This document shows, one piece after another, positions 36,669 through 50,682 of a stretch of 64,000 nt of DNA. Where the stretch lies: contig NC_081332.1 in the NCBI RefSeq assembly GCF_022539665.2, forward strand, positions 5,704,001 through 5,768,000, written 5' to 3'. Source of the DNA: Daphnia carinata. Taxonomy: Eukaryota. Position 1 is the first letter of the stretch. Every line of letters begins with the position of its first letter. Under the pieces are notes generated by a model that was not told the origin of the DNA, did no database searches, and saw nothing but the letters and a program-made list of their open reading frames with translations. Both the position numbers and the translations under genes were made by a program.

Positions 36669-37419
36669 AAAACAAAGTACAAAGTTACTTCAAAAAAATT
36701 CAAATATTACATGTTGTTCCTTGAATCTAAGTGGAAAAATTCAAAGAGTGTAATAAATAATAATTGAAGACTTACAGATAAACGATAAACCAATGGAAAC
36801 AATGATTACCATCAAAGGTGACAAAAACAAATAATGCGAAGAAAAAAAAAAAAGTTGATAAATGTAATGTGTGAACACGGTTAACACAGACAATGAAAGA
36901 AACAAATTTTGAATAAAATATTTTATAAAAAAAATTTTATTGACAACTCTCTGCACATTACAATTATTTTTGCAACTTTAAAAAGGCATAATAGCCCTTT
37001 CAAAAGTTGCCGTCAACCCAGGCAGGGGGAGACACTGCCTTGTTGACCCACCGGGGAGATTACCCGGTGATTGGCTAAGAGAAGCCGGAAGAAGAGCTGA
37101 AGATTTGGAACATTTTTACAGAAGCGATTAACCTTTAGTTCGGATTTGTGGGTAGCCACGTCGCTCTCCGTGAACACATCATCGGACTACGCGGACCCCC
37201 ACGTCCCCTTTCCGGCCAGAGCCCTCCAAACCTCGGTATATGTTGTTTTTATATATACCGTACAGTAGGGGCATGACCCCCTACGGGCTTATTACGAGTC
37301 AAGGGGAAACGGGGCTACGGAAAGGAAGGGAGCCCAGATATGCACTTCAATTTTTTAAATATAAAATACCGTCTGGGGAATCCGAATTAAGTATAGAAAT
37401 GTCATGTCATCCATCGAAT

Positions 37420-38812
37420 CAATACAATTTATTCAGTGTCTTGCCCCAACCAAGAATCTTTTCAGATCCAATGTTACTATTAACCTATGCTGAGAAAAGA
37501 AAAACAACACCATTAAGCATCTCAATTGTTGCTCATGTGACTTATGTGACTTATAGATTCAACTTCTGGCAGAAGCTTGGGAAAGGCCATACAAATTGCA
37601 GATGAAAATCATTGTATAAGGCTCTTGAATGATAAAATAGCACCCCTAGAATGTTGCATTGTTGATAGTTGTGTTCCCAGTATGCTGAAAATCCTTTCCT
37701 ATTGGATAATTTTTTTTTTTAGATTAGACATGGTTGGCAAAAAGCAGAAGAAATGCTTTGTCATAAATTCAAAAAATTTTCAAGAAAATTTCTTTCATAC
37801 CTAAAAAGTCCATGTATGATGTTCATCGCTGCAATGCCAACGAAACGAAACATCTTTAGGGCCATTTAAGTACCCAGCTTCACCAACACTCTGAACGTAA
37901 AGGACAAGTTGTTCTTTAGCAAGAGAAGCAGAATTATTTGAGGCTTCTAGCTACGACAGAACTATAAAGGATTGTTGTTACACAGGATTCATTCACACAA
38001 GATAGTACTTCTCATTAGACAATTTGCATACTCTATTACTTTACCTCATACCTTAATGGTAATGCACTTTCAGTGTTTTTCAACTGTAGGCTCACTCTTC
38101 CATCCTGTAACACTTCGAGACTTGACTTGATCCCCCACTAAAATTCTGTGAATTCAAAATAATAGCATTAAAAATACTCTTTTGATAGACAAAAAACCGA
38201 AAAGTACCTAATTCATGTTTTATGTTGAACTCATGCTATTTCTGGGTTTCCGTACCACACCCATTTTCAGCCCAAATACGGTCCCACAATTGTTCACTTC
38301 CTTCGCTGCATGGACTTATTACTAACAATTCTTTTAGTGCAGCACTAACAGAATTTAACTTTAACACACTGTCAGGTGGTAGACTGAATAACTAAACAAT
38401 AAATAATTGTTTGTTAAAATTCTATACTTATTTTGAATTCTTATTTGAAAAGTTTAGGTACCTGACTGTGTTCGCCTAATGCCAATTCATCCTCATGTTC
38501 AGTTAGGGATGAGTTTGGAAAAACCTCCTTCACTGTTTGGAAACTGTTCCGTTCCAATTTGTTCTTTTCCCCTACCTGAGCTTGTAGACTCAAAATTTGA
38601 GCTACAAAACACAAATGAATAAAAGCAAATAAATAGAATCATTACGTATTAGGCCTTACCATCCTTAGCATTGCTGTTATCTAATATTTTGTGTTGTTCC
38701 AATAATTGGGCCTGCAGCTTCATAATTTGATCTAATAAACAATAATTAATAATTGAAAACCAATATAATAATCTTTATACTTACCATCCTTTCGTTGTAT
38801 TATCTTATCCAT
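37420..38812 (-). pseudogene. Spliced relic gene in the right arm of copy B
   Basis: Reverse complement of the 34221-35610 model, with the same introns. Confidence 0.45.
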
Positions 38813-39844
38813 TTTTCAATTGTTCCTCCAGCCACGAGTTTTTCTCCAGCCACGCGTTTTTCTCCAGCCACGCTACTCAATTAACTGCTAATGGGATACA
38901 ATTAACTCAAATCGCTTACATGCCTGTAATAACGAAACCGACTGGTAGATGGCTACGGGTAGAAAAAAGAGAAAAAAGTGTGATTTTTTTTTTTTTTTTG
39001 GGGGTTTTTTTTTTTTTTTTTTTATGTAAAACGGATTGCCATATATGCCATGCGTTTGAATCTTTTTGGTTTCTATCAGAAAATGTCTGAAACTTCGAAA
39101 GTATTCTTTTATTTGCTACGCAGTTACGGAGACGGACCTGTTACTATCTTTTTGAGGCGTGATATGGACCAACATTCAGAGCATTTTGACAAATCGATTT
39201 CGTAAGGTATGTTCTTTCTACATTATATTCTCAAAGAAGAAAAAACGCGGTTCAACTGCTGCACGTGTCGTTGTATCAGTGCTGTGTGAAATAACGTTTG
39301 CCTTCTGATGACCTGGCAACCGAAATTATTTCCATACTTTGATCTAGTAGACTTCAGACTGATAAAAGGTACAGAAATTAGTCCAACAAAGGGAAAACAG
39401 AGATTTTTGTATCCAAGGAAACCACAATATTATTTAAGCTGATATCAGTTAACCTTCTCTGGCATTCTTTTTTGGATGGATATGGTAAAGTTTGATTTCT
39501 TTTTGGTACTACGCCTTCAACTATTCGCAAGGGTATCGTTATTCCACTTTTGCATTATGAACGATTTACGAATAACTGTCATACCCTGTCTATGGAGTTT
39601 GGCGATGAAACCGTAACATGACCGGTATGTAATTTATCGAGATTCAAATCAATCTAGAGCTACAGTGTCAATAAGATAGGCATTGACTGCTTTTTTAAGC
39701 TGCGTAAACAATCAGTGAGATAACGAAATAAGCGATAAGACCAAAAACAATTGGAAATCAGGTATAAACGCTCTGAGCTCCTCATTCCACGAGCGGTACG
39801 TGGTAATTGAAAGATCTCTTTTGTGTTACAACTGTGTTACCAAA

Positions 39845-42800
39845 ATGGGGACCAACACTGTCCTCAAACTAGTCTGTTTTATTTTTATGGTTGAAATCAT
39901 CCACCAGTCATCGGCGAGACCATCGATACGTGCCGATAACTGTGGCTACCAGGTTGCCAATTTAACATTGATATGTTACGTAACATTTAATAATTATCAA
40001 AGGGCCATTAGTCCGAGACCCAACAAAGTACACTAACAAAAGCATATTCAAAATTAGAGAAATATGGCGAATTGCGCCATATGGAAACATGCTGACGTAT
40101 TTCACAGAAAGAACAATAATGGCATGTTTATTTGTTTCTCTGTAGACTTGTCCTCTGGAAAAGGAAGGATTCATCAACGTTCATCTCGTAGCTCGTAAGA
40201 TTTCTCATTCTGCATAAAGTTCAATGAATTTAATCACTTATTTCGTTTCTAACAAGACACACACGACGATGCTGGCTGGTTAAAAACTGTCGATCAGTAC
40301 TATTATGGAGGTAAGTAAGACAATTTATAACAGCAACTATACCGTCCTAAAATATTACCCATTGAAAATAAACAGCTCGGAACCAAATTCAAGAAGCCGG
40401 AGTCCAGTACATTATTGATTCGGTGGTAGATGAACTGAAAGACCATCCTGATCGTCGGTTAGTTTCTATTGCAAGACTTAAATATACACAAACTATATAA
40501 TAGCCAGATTTAAAAAAATCCGTTAACTACTCACCTTTTTATATTTCAGATTTATTTACGTGGAAATGGCATTTTTCTCAAGATGGTGGGAAGAGCAAAA
40601 CGATGCCACCAAGAACATTGTACGAGACTTGGTAAATCAAGGTCGATTGGAGTTCATCAACGGTGGCTGGTGCATGAATGATGAAGCCACAGCTTATTAC
40701 GTGGACATCATTGATCAAATGTCTCTTGGCTTGATGTAAGATGTTATTCACTTTGCAAAGCCATTCATTATCAAATAATAATACTTCTTTTTAACAGTGC
40801 TCTGAACGATACTTTTGGTGAATGTGGACGTCCCCGGATCGCCTGGCAGATAGATCCTTTCGGCCATTCAAGGGAACAGGCCAACCTGTTTGCTGAAATG
40901 GTATGCATAGATTTTACAACATGCAAATCTTGTTAAAGAATGAGATACTACAAGTTTGTTTGAAATATCAGGGTTATGATGGATTGTTCTTTGGACGACT
41001 GGATCACGAAGACAAAAAAGAGCGAACATCCAAAAGGACCATGGAAATGATTTGGAAAGCGAGTAACTCTCTAGGTAGACTACATTTTAAATGGGCACAA
41101 GAATCGATTAAAAGACTCCTTGGCTTTCGCAGTCAATCAAAGCTCGTTGTTTACTGCCGTGAATTACAACTTGTACCAGCCACCGCCTGGTTTCTGTTTT
41201 GATATTTACTGCAACGACGAACCAATTATTGATGATCCTAAATCCAAAGATTACAACGTCGAAAAGAGGGTAGGTGACGAAAAATTCATACACTACATCA
41301 ACTGATAAAATACTTCATAGGTTACCGACTTTCTCAACTACTGCCAACAACAAGCCAATGCGTATGCCACAGATTCTATCCTTTTGACAATGGGAAGCGA
41401 TTTTCATTACCAAGATGCTAACGTTTGGTTTAAGAACATGGATAAGCTTATCAAGTAGAGTATAATATGAATTACAGACCTCCCAATTTATGAATAAAGC
41501 AGCAAACCAGTAACACAGGTACGCGAACGCTCGTCAGACGGAAGGCAGCCGCTTTAACCTGTTCTACTCGACTCCAAGCTGTTACACGAAGGCGTTAAAC
41601 GATCACGCAATCACATGGCCAACCAAGACGGACGACTTTTTCCCGTATGGCAGTGATTCGCACGCTTATTGGACCGGATATTTCACATCTCGTCCAGCTT
41701 CTAAATACATGATTCGACAAGCCAGCAACCTTTTGCAAGTAAAAACGTATTAAATAAAACTTTTTTTTTTGCTTAAGATAAAAAATGATTTGATCTTACG
41801 ATAGAGTTGCAAACAAATGGATGCCACTCTAGCTAGGCAAGGTGCTACCAATGCAGGTGATATTTTCACGATGAAAGACGCCATGGGAATCATGCAACAT
41901 CACGACGCTGTGACGGGCACTGAGAAGCAACACGTCGCCGAAGACTACGCCCTCCTACTTCATAAGGGAGTCGAGGAATGTCGAAAAACACAGACTTCCT
42001 ATTTCGAGTGAGTGAAACCAAATGTAAAGGTAAAAGAACTAAAAACTAATCATTAGTTTGACAGAAAGGAGCTTGTGCGTGGTGATACACCGCTTCCAAA
42101 AATGTCCTTCTGCCAACTAAACATTAGCCAATGCGAGCCATCAGAGACGAACAATCAATTCGTAATTAACGTCTACAATTCTATGTCACTTGTAGTTGAC
42201 AGATACGTACGTGTTCCACTGCCCTCCGGAATCAATTTCGAAGTTCGCGATACGTTAGGTATGTTGGCACTACCTCTGTGGGTTTAGATATGAAAATTTA
42301 CTCGTAGAATGGGACACAAAACAAATATCATTTCAAATGCTTCAGTACATTAAAATAATTATACATTTGTAGGGAATACTATGCCATCGCAAATGATTCC
42401 AATTGCGGAATCCATCAAAGCTCTTCCGGGTAGAGTAAGCACCGCTACACGAGAACTCGTTTTCCTCGCTAGATATTTACCTCCACTTGGAAGCAAATCT
42501 TATTTCGTCCTACCAGTGGGCAGTGGTGATGCTGAAACAAGAGAACAAGACAACAAATTTTCCATTTCTAACGAGGTAAATTTCATTTCCCGCTTTAAAA
42601 TGATTTCAATAAAACAATATTTCCGTTACAGAAAGTCAGCGTAGAAATCGACGATGTAACTGGGCTTATCAAATCCGTAACAGTCAACGGCAAAACGACT
42701 CCACTCAAGCAAGAATTCTTGTGGTACGCTAGTAAAAGTGGAGACAATTCACAAGCTGAGAAACGTGCATCCGGCGCTTATATTTTCCGCCCGGAAGGCA

Positions 42801-44139
42801 ATGATCCATCGGCAATTCCCAGTATCGGTGTCAAAACTACAACATACTTGGGTAAATAAATTTTAAAATTTTATTAAAACTCACCAGCAAACTTTATTTT
42901 GTCATCAGGTGAACTCGTCCAGGAAATCCATCAAGTTTATAATCCCTGGGTGTCTCAGACTATTCGCGTATACAAAGGGCAAGAACATGTTGAACTGGAT
43001 TGGGTTGTTGGGCCTATTCCTGTTGAGTGAGTTAAAGCCACTTACTTACAAACTACGGCATTAATAGCATTGCAAATTCGTTAGGGATGGAATCGGAAAG
43101 GAGATTATCAGCCGCATTTCGACTGACATAGCCAGTAAAGCAACTTTCTACACCGATGCAAATGGACGTCAAACTCTCCAACGAGTTCGTGACGTTCGTG
43201 AATCCTATCCTTACACCGTTACCGAGCCAACAGCAGCCAATTACTATCCTGTTAATTCTCACATCTTCCTTAAAGATTCAGTCGGCAATCAAATGACCGT
43301 GTTGGTCGATCGGCCACAAGGCGGGTCTAGTCTTCACGATGGAGAGCTAGGTAAACACCTTAAATAATATTTGGTAAATTATAATGATTCTAGCTGAACT
43401 ACTTACAGAATTAATGGTGCATCGACGTTGCCTATATGATGACGCTTTCGGTGTGGGAGAGGCACTGAACGAAACGGCTTACGGCACGGGTTTGGTTGTA
43501 CGCGGTACCCATTACCTAATTCTTGGAGACGGTACAAATTCGATGAAATTGACGCGTTCGCTGAGTCACGAGCTCTACAAGCAGCCTCAAATTTCATTTA
43601 TCCCTTCAACGCTTTCTTTTCTCGAATGGTCAGCTCTCTACAGAACGGAGGTTTGTAATTATTAGTAAATTTTTTCTTTTCCCGGAATAATAATTTAGTG
43701 GTCTAATGCTTCATTAGCAACAATCGATCAGCCGAACTTTACCAAACAATGTTAACTTGTTGACATTGGAAACGCTAGCTGGAGGTAAATATTTGATAAG
43801 ATTGGAGCACATTTACGATGTTGGTGAGGACCCCATTTTGTCACAGTCTGTCACCGTATCACTCGAGGTAAATAAGAAACACTACGGTACTGTAATGAAA
43901 TTAACAGTTAAATTGTTCGAATGTTTAAGGGTTTGTTTCCTGGCTTTACCATTGTATCGGCGGAAGAGACTATGCTGGGCGGTAATCAGTTCAAGAAGGA
44001 TTCCAACAGGTTGATTTGGAACGCTGCATCCACTGGAAGCAAGGCCGACCAGCAAATGGGGGAGGAGCGTATTGCGGCTGTGCTACTCCGTCCAATGGAA
44101 ATTCGCTCGTATATACTTACTTTGGTTCGCAACAGTTAG
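39845..44139 (+). CDS. Lysosomal alpha-mannosidase (GH38), paralog B, multi-exon
   Basis: Signal peptide [89 protein letters not shown]. Introns are mostly at the same positions as in paralog A. Confidence 0.95.
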
Positions 44140-45074
44140 AAATTCTATCGCGTTCACAGCAGTGCCGTATGGCATCAAACTATAAATTTTAAAAAAGGTA
44201 AAGTAGCTGATAAATTTCAGATGTTAATAGAAAAAAATTAGCTTATCATCCAAAAGAGTTTTATTTTTACTTACAGATAGCCAATACTTCTGCCAGTTAT
44301 GAAATAGGAAAAAAAGGTTACATTTTGCTCTGCATTTCCGTTTGCATCTGATCGTTAGTCATTCTTACGTAATTCTTGTGTGATGCCACAGTTTGGCTTT
44401 CCCATAACCTTGAGAGAATGCGAATAAGAAGCGGTTTCGGAAAACCTGCATGAAATAATGCAGGTATGTGTGCAGGGGCGGGGTAATGGGAATGCCAATT
44501 AATCTTGTAAAGAAAAACGAAACAGGGGAAGATAAAAATATCGAGCAGATTGCAATATCGCCTACTTGAGCTGGCATGACCCTGAACGTGGAATGACGTA
44601 CTTTTTAATGAGACCGCCAAGGCAGCTTCACTACACGGATGGGTCGCTTTACTAGGTCGAATTTTTGCAAGATATTTCAGACACTTTCCCCCAACGAATG
44701 CATTCTAATTTCGAATCGCCCTACATACAGTGGTGCTACGTAAACAGAAATGGCCATGCACCAGAAAGTAACAGTGCCAATGTGCGGGGTGTTTTCGCCC
44801 AAAAGAATAGAAGCTTTAGCGCTAGAAGTCCAGAAAAATTTGCCAAGAAATACATATTATTAGGTCAGCATAAAAGGAAAGAGGAATAAACAAAGTTGAA
44901 TAATATAATTTTTAACTTTTGTCCTCAAACGAAACAACAAATGCCCAACATTTCCCCTCTTAACTATTTCTTTTTTTAATGAACCTATTCTATTCTCAAG
45001 TTTTGGATAGCAAAAACTTCTAGAAGAAAAGGTAACTAGAATAGAGTAAGAAGAAACCGGGAAAAAACTTCAAA

Positions 45075-47584
45075 TTAGAATTTGCTCATCGAGATGGTCA
45101 CCGTCTTCATCTCAAGATAGCTATGAAGGCCTTCTTCACCCCTGGAATGAAAACGTATACGTTAGGTTCACTATACACGACGTAGCCAGAAAACAAGAGT
45201 TACATTTCGCGACCAATTCCTGACTGTTTAAATCCACCGAATGGGGCTTGTGCCGTAACGTGAAGGAAACAATTAACCCTATACATATCAGGCCAAGAAG
45301 AATGGAACGTTTGAAATAAATAAAAATTGCTAACACTTAAAAAAGTTTACCAAACAGTTCCAGCGTTTACGGCCTGCGAAAACGTCAGAGCTCTGTTGAT
45401 GTCGTTGGTTAAAATGCCTGCAGCTAATCCATAGTGCGTGTCGTTTGCGCGCTTGATAACTTCTTCCATGGTGCTAAACTTCATAATTTGTTGGACAGGT
45501 CCAAAAATCTAAAAACGAAAACATATTCAGATTGCATTGCAGCAATAGCTATTTAAAAGGACAATCGAACCTCTTCTTTAGCAATCCTCATGTCATCCTG
45601 GACATCTACAAACACCGTGGGCTCAATGAAATACCCTTCGGTTCCATGCTGCTGTCCACCAACTTTAAGGCCAGCTCCTTCCTTCTTTCCAGCTTCAATT
45701 AGTGCCATGATTCTGTTGAATTGCAGCTCGCTGACCTGAAAAAAGACGTTGTTTAGGGGAACTGAGGTATGAAATGCAGCGACTCCTTACCTGAGGTCCT
45801 TGGTCAACTTCCCCGAACGGGTCACCCAACTTTCGCTTGCGTGCCAGCTCGGTAGCTTTCTCTACAAACTGGTCATATATGGATTCGTGAACGAACGTAC
45901 GCGTGCCGGCACAGCAACCTGATCGTAAGTAAAGAAACATGATCAGCATTTAGTGGTACAGAAGACAATACGACGGTCATGTTACATTGTCCCATGTTGG
46001 CAAAGACTGCAGCGTGACAGGTCTGCACCGCTTTATCCACTAGTTTAGAATTATATTACATTATGTGATAAAACGATGAAATTGATTGCTTTGTTACTAA
46101 CGATCGACATCCGGGAACACGACGATTGGGGACTTCCCTCCCAGTTCCAAACTGACACGTTTCAGATTACTCTTTGCTGCAGCTTCCATGATTAGTTTAC
46201 CAACCTAACATTTGTTTCAGTCATTATTTTCAATAATACCACAGACAATTGGAATTAGACAACCATGGATACTTACTGCAGTAGAACCTGTGAAGGCAAT
46301 CTTTTGAACATGTTCATGTGAAGCCAAGGCCGCTCCGGCAGTAGCTCCAAAACCATTCACAACGTTGATTACTCCAGGGGGAAATCCGGCCTTAAAAAAC
46401 AAAAAAAGAAAATTCGGTAAACAGGCTATACCAAAATGTCGGCTGAATCATTTGACGCAGAAATTGGTTATGTACTTCGATAGTTAAATGAGCCATATAG
46501 AGGGCAGTCAATGGCGTTTGCTCTGCCGGTTTCATAACGACAGTACATCCAGTAGCAAGAGCAGGGCCCCACTTCCAAGCAAGCATGAGAATTGGAAAGT
46601 TCTGATTGAAAAATAATAGTCAAACTTATTTTTTTGCTCTATGATATCCACAAAATATTTCATACCCAAGGTATGATTTGCCCAGCCACACCAACCGGTT
46701 CCTTTCGCGTCACCACAAACACATTTCCATCTGTCAAAAGAAAGCAGCAAAAAATTAACACGACGATTGACCTTCACCGTATTACGTAGGCTATCATCCA
46801 TCATCGCGTTGACCCAAAATTTTCACCGTACACATGTAATCCACCACTATTACCCTTGACTGTCTAGTGAACAAAGAGGAAGACACAAGCATATGCAAAT
46901 ACCTGCTGGTATACTCTGGCCATGGATCTTGTCTGCCCATCCTGCATAGTACTTGAGAGCATAAATTGCACCATAAATATCAAACACAGCATCTTTCAAG
47001 GGTTTGCCGTTGTTATAAGTTTCCAACTGTGCCAAGTAATGCATATCCCTTTCCATGAGTCCAGCTAACTGTAAAACATATGCTGGAATATAAACAAGGA
47101 TTAAAATGCAAATAATTTTCATTTTACCTTTTCCATCATGCGGCCTCGTCCTGATGCATCCATGGTTCTCCATTTTGAGCCCAACTTAAATGCCTCATTT
47201 GCAGCATCAACAGCTAGGTCAATGTCAGCCTAGTGTGGAATAATATAGATTAGGTTTACTTGTGTCCTTCTATGCAGCCTTGCTAGTTGGGAAGGCTGTT
47301 CACACTGGGGGCAACCTATACTAGCGTAAGCATGCATGTGTGGTATGTATACATACCTTATCACCTTCACTGACTTGACAGATAACTTTGCCTGTTGATG
47401 GGTTGACAACTGGGAAGGTCTTCCCACTTTGTGAATCAACAAACTGTCCATTTATGAACAGCTAGAAGAAATAAACAACAAGAAAAATATTCCAGTAATT
47501 ATAAGCAACATAAATTCCACAAGCTTTAAAAAATATTTGTGAAAAGCTAGTGAATACTTTTGTAAATTTAATTTCTGGAGCCAT
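45075..47584 (-). CDS. Aldehyde dehydrogenase, ALDH1/2 family, with no evident mitochondrial presequence
   Basis: [17 protein letters not shown]..., [58 protein letters not shown] (catalytic Cys), [17 protein letters not shown]. Confidence 0.95.
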
Positions 47585-49727
47585 GGCTTAGTAGGGATGT
47601 TATCACGGTGACGTCTAAAAGCAGATAGGTCGTTGCTCGATTGCCAGGTTCCATCTCAACCTCAGTTTTATAGAACGTAACCTCCTCCCGGGTAGATCTA
47701 TCTCACATCCGGGTAGTTCTATATCACATAACATTTGTCATGCTAGGGTTATCATCTGCTATCTCATAGAATGTCTTTTATGAAAGTCATGATTGAAATG
47801 CAAACAAATCATCTAGACATCGGGGCGAGTTATCAGTAAAATCTACTAATATTGCAATTTAAAAATAGTACAGAAATATGTCTATGTTAGCAAGAAATTT
47901 ATATTTAAAAAACGTCACGGTGGACAACCGGTATGTTTACCTCCTGCAACGCCATCTACCAGTTTCGGGACATAATTTCAGTTTCGTGACGCAGTTCTCC
48001 GTTTTGTTTGTTCGATTGTTTTCACGGTCCTCAAGTCGTCAATATTGCATTGTCCCTAGGTAGTTTTTTGAAAAATATTAAACGACCATTTGTTAAATGG
48101 AAATTCACCTGTCCCACTCTTCCGCACTTCTTCGTTTCCTCATTAATAAAAGCCATAATCGAATTAATAATCACGCAAAATTTGAAACAAATAATTTATA
48201 TTAAAATAACATGGTAATATGTTCTTTGGAATAATCAGCATAACAAATAAAAACCGGGTAAACTAGTTTGTTTTCCTACTGTTGGATTTAAGCTTTCTAA
48301 CCCTTTACGTATTCAAGCTCCATATAAAAAAATATGTTTAAAAAGTTCACAAGCAACAATTCAACGACATGCATATGATCACCAACGACGTGATGTTCAA
48401 GCTCGTTTCTAGAATAGTGGCCGGTTATTTGGACACGTATTCCAGCAGAGTGTCCTGATACTTTTCTTCTTTTCCGAAAAAAAAAACGAAAAGAAAGAGA
48501 AAACAGGTGAGAAACGATAGAAATAAAAAAAAAAAACCCAAATGGGAAATTTTTCTGCAAATATGTTGGTAAAAGTGTCAGCTGTTAGCCGGTGTATACA
48601 TAATTGTCTGGTTCGAACGGCGCGCTTAAGTAATCCTCTTTCGCGTGTTTCTTCTGCTAACGTCTTTGCTGTGTCAAGGCCTTAACCTACTTTTGAAAAG
48701 TAAAATAAATCTTGTGCCTTTGTATAAAGGAGATAATTTGTTTGAAAAAAGAGAAATCGTTCAAGGCACTTGTGTGGATTTAAATGAGTCTTCAAACTCA
48801 TCATATTGCGCTAGAAGGGTAAACGACTCCCTTTCCCAATACAACGCTAAAGGTTCCATCCATCCACATATACGTCCCTTCGTAGAGAAGAGAAAATCTA
48901 CCGGCAGGACGTTGACCATTCGTAACAAAAAAAAAAAAAAAAAAAACCCGCGGTAATATGAATAATTAAGATTATCAGGCGGGTATAATAAACAAGTCCG
49001 TGAAACTTGGGAGTGACCGGGCCGGAGAAAGCAATCGAAGTTCGTTTGAGGAGTGAAAATGATTTCATTTCGTTGTATCATCCCAATACCTTTGTATTCG
49101 GAGCACACCTTGACACTGAAATTTGTTTGAATCGTCTTCACTTTCACTCGTCCCAAAAAAAAAAAAATGGAGTATCGTTTCACGTCTCTTAATAAATAAT
49201 CAGAGGAAGAAGCCCAATACGAGAAAACGCACACACACAAAAAAAAAAGTGAAAATACACGAGATCGTCCTCCCCTGGTTAGCCTGTCCTTGGTGGCTAA
49301 TAGCTTTAGCTGCTAGCCTGATGAGATGACTATAGTTTATCACGTCAGGTAGTCAAGGACTTTTTCCGAATTAACACAAAATATACATAGCCCGGCGATG
49401 GTACGTTAACGAACGTTTGCTAGCTCGCACTTTTCCCAAACTCGTCTTTCATCCTGTCTCAACTACCAGCTGGTCACTTTCACAAACGAAAGAGAAAAAA
49501 AAAAAAAAACCTAATAGAGACCATGATTCTAATGCGTCGCGATGTTCTCTCTCTTTTTTTTTTTTTTTTTTTTCTCTTTCTCAATCCTTTTAAATAACCA
49601 TCGTCATCTACCAGCTCTTCATGGTTCTCGTATACGCCAAACGGCCATTTTGGGAAGCCGCAGACGGTTGCCGAGGTCTTGTTCAACAAAGCAAAGGAGA
49701 GAGAGAGAGAGAGGAAACGTCCACAAC

Positions 49728-49737
49728 TATATAAAGA
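49728..49737 (+). promoter_or_regulatory. TATA box
   Basis: ctatataaga ~105 nt upstream of the ATG at 49834. Confidence 0.55.
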
Positions 49738-49833
49738 GGAAAACTTTCCATTGACTCGTGACAGTCCAGCGAGATCCGACGCGCTTGGCTCTTGCGACTA
49801 GCCAAAGAAAAACAAACCACTTTCCTTAAAATC

Positions 49834-50682
49834 ATGCGTTTATCGGTGAGATTAACTTAACAGTTAGTCCTAAATTCTATCAAGTGCCCAAGGTTTGCCT
49901 TACCTTGTTGTTGACTAACGAAGATGTTTTTTTTTCCCCCTTCCGCGCTTAGGTTCTGATTGTTGTTCTCCTCGTCGGCGTGACAGTGCTGGAGGCCGGA
50001 CCAATCCCTCAAAACAAACGCGCTAAGGTAAATGCACAGTTGTGTCACAAAAAGGGACGTTTGCGGATTTCATTGTTTCTTTTTTTCTACTTACATTTTT
50101 CTCCCCCCCCCCCCGCGATTGCCGGCTCACGTGTTGCCGCAAACAATTCGGGAAAAATAACAGTGGAAGCCTAAGGCCATTCGTGATAAAGAAGCAGCCG
50201 AGGCTAAGGCCGCCGAAGAGGCCGCGGCCAAAGCAACTGAGGAATCAGCCAAAGTAGCAGCCACAACCGAAGAGGCCAAAAAGGCTGAAGAAGTCAAAGC
50301 GGTGGAAACAACGGCGCAAAATGTCCAAGCGGATCAAGTGATAACCAAAGCCGTTTCCGAAGCTCCGGCCACCGTCCTGGCTGACGACGATGCGTCCAGC
50401 AAAGTGTGCCATCCTGAAAGTGAAAAGAAATCTACAAAGACAGAGGTCGAAGAAAAATCTGAGCAGGTTGCAGCCGTCGTAGTAGCTGAAGCTGCCATCG
50501 TCGTAGAGGAACCCACCGTTGTTGTTGCGGATGAACCTGCGGCCACTGAATCTGCAGTTGTTGCAGACGAAATAGTTGTTGTAAACGAAGCACCCGCCGT
50601 ATTGATAGCGGATGAACCTGCTACTATCGTTGTAGACGAACCTGCTGTTGTCAAGGTAGAAGAATCAGGTCCCGCCGTATAA
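49834..50682 (+). CDS. Secreted acidic Ala/Val/Glu-rich protein of unknown function; exons 49834-49845, 49953-50027, 50164-50682 (possible alternative last exon ~50812-50832)
   Basis: Spliced MRLS-VLIVVLLVGVTVLEAGPIPQNKRAK-WKPKAIRDKEAAEAKAAEE... with a signal peptide and repeated VVxDEPA motifs. Confidence 0.7.

Larger units (their letters stand above)
34010..39040. mobile_element. Giant foldback element, complete copy B (5031 bp), AT|GGCAATCCGTTTTACATA ... TATGTAAAACGGATTGCC|AT
   Basis: ~2 kb inverted arms (34010-~36050 and ~36960-39040), matching termini, and AT on both sides (putative 2-bp TSD; AT TSDs are described for ISL2EU-type PHIS elements). The spacer is the reverse complement of the copy A spacer. 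Confidence 0.88.
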
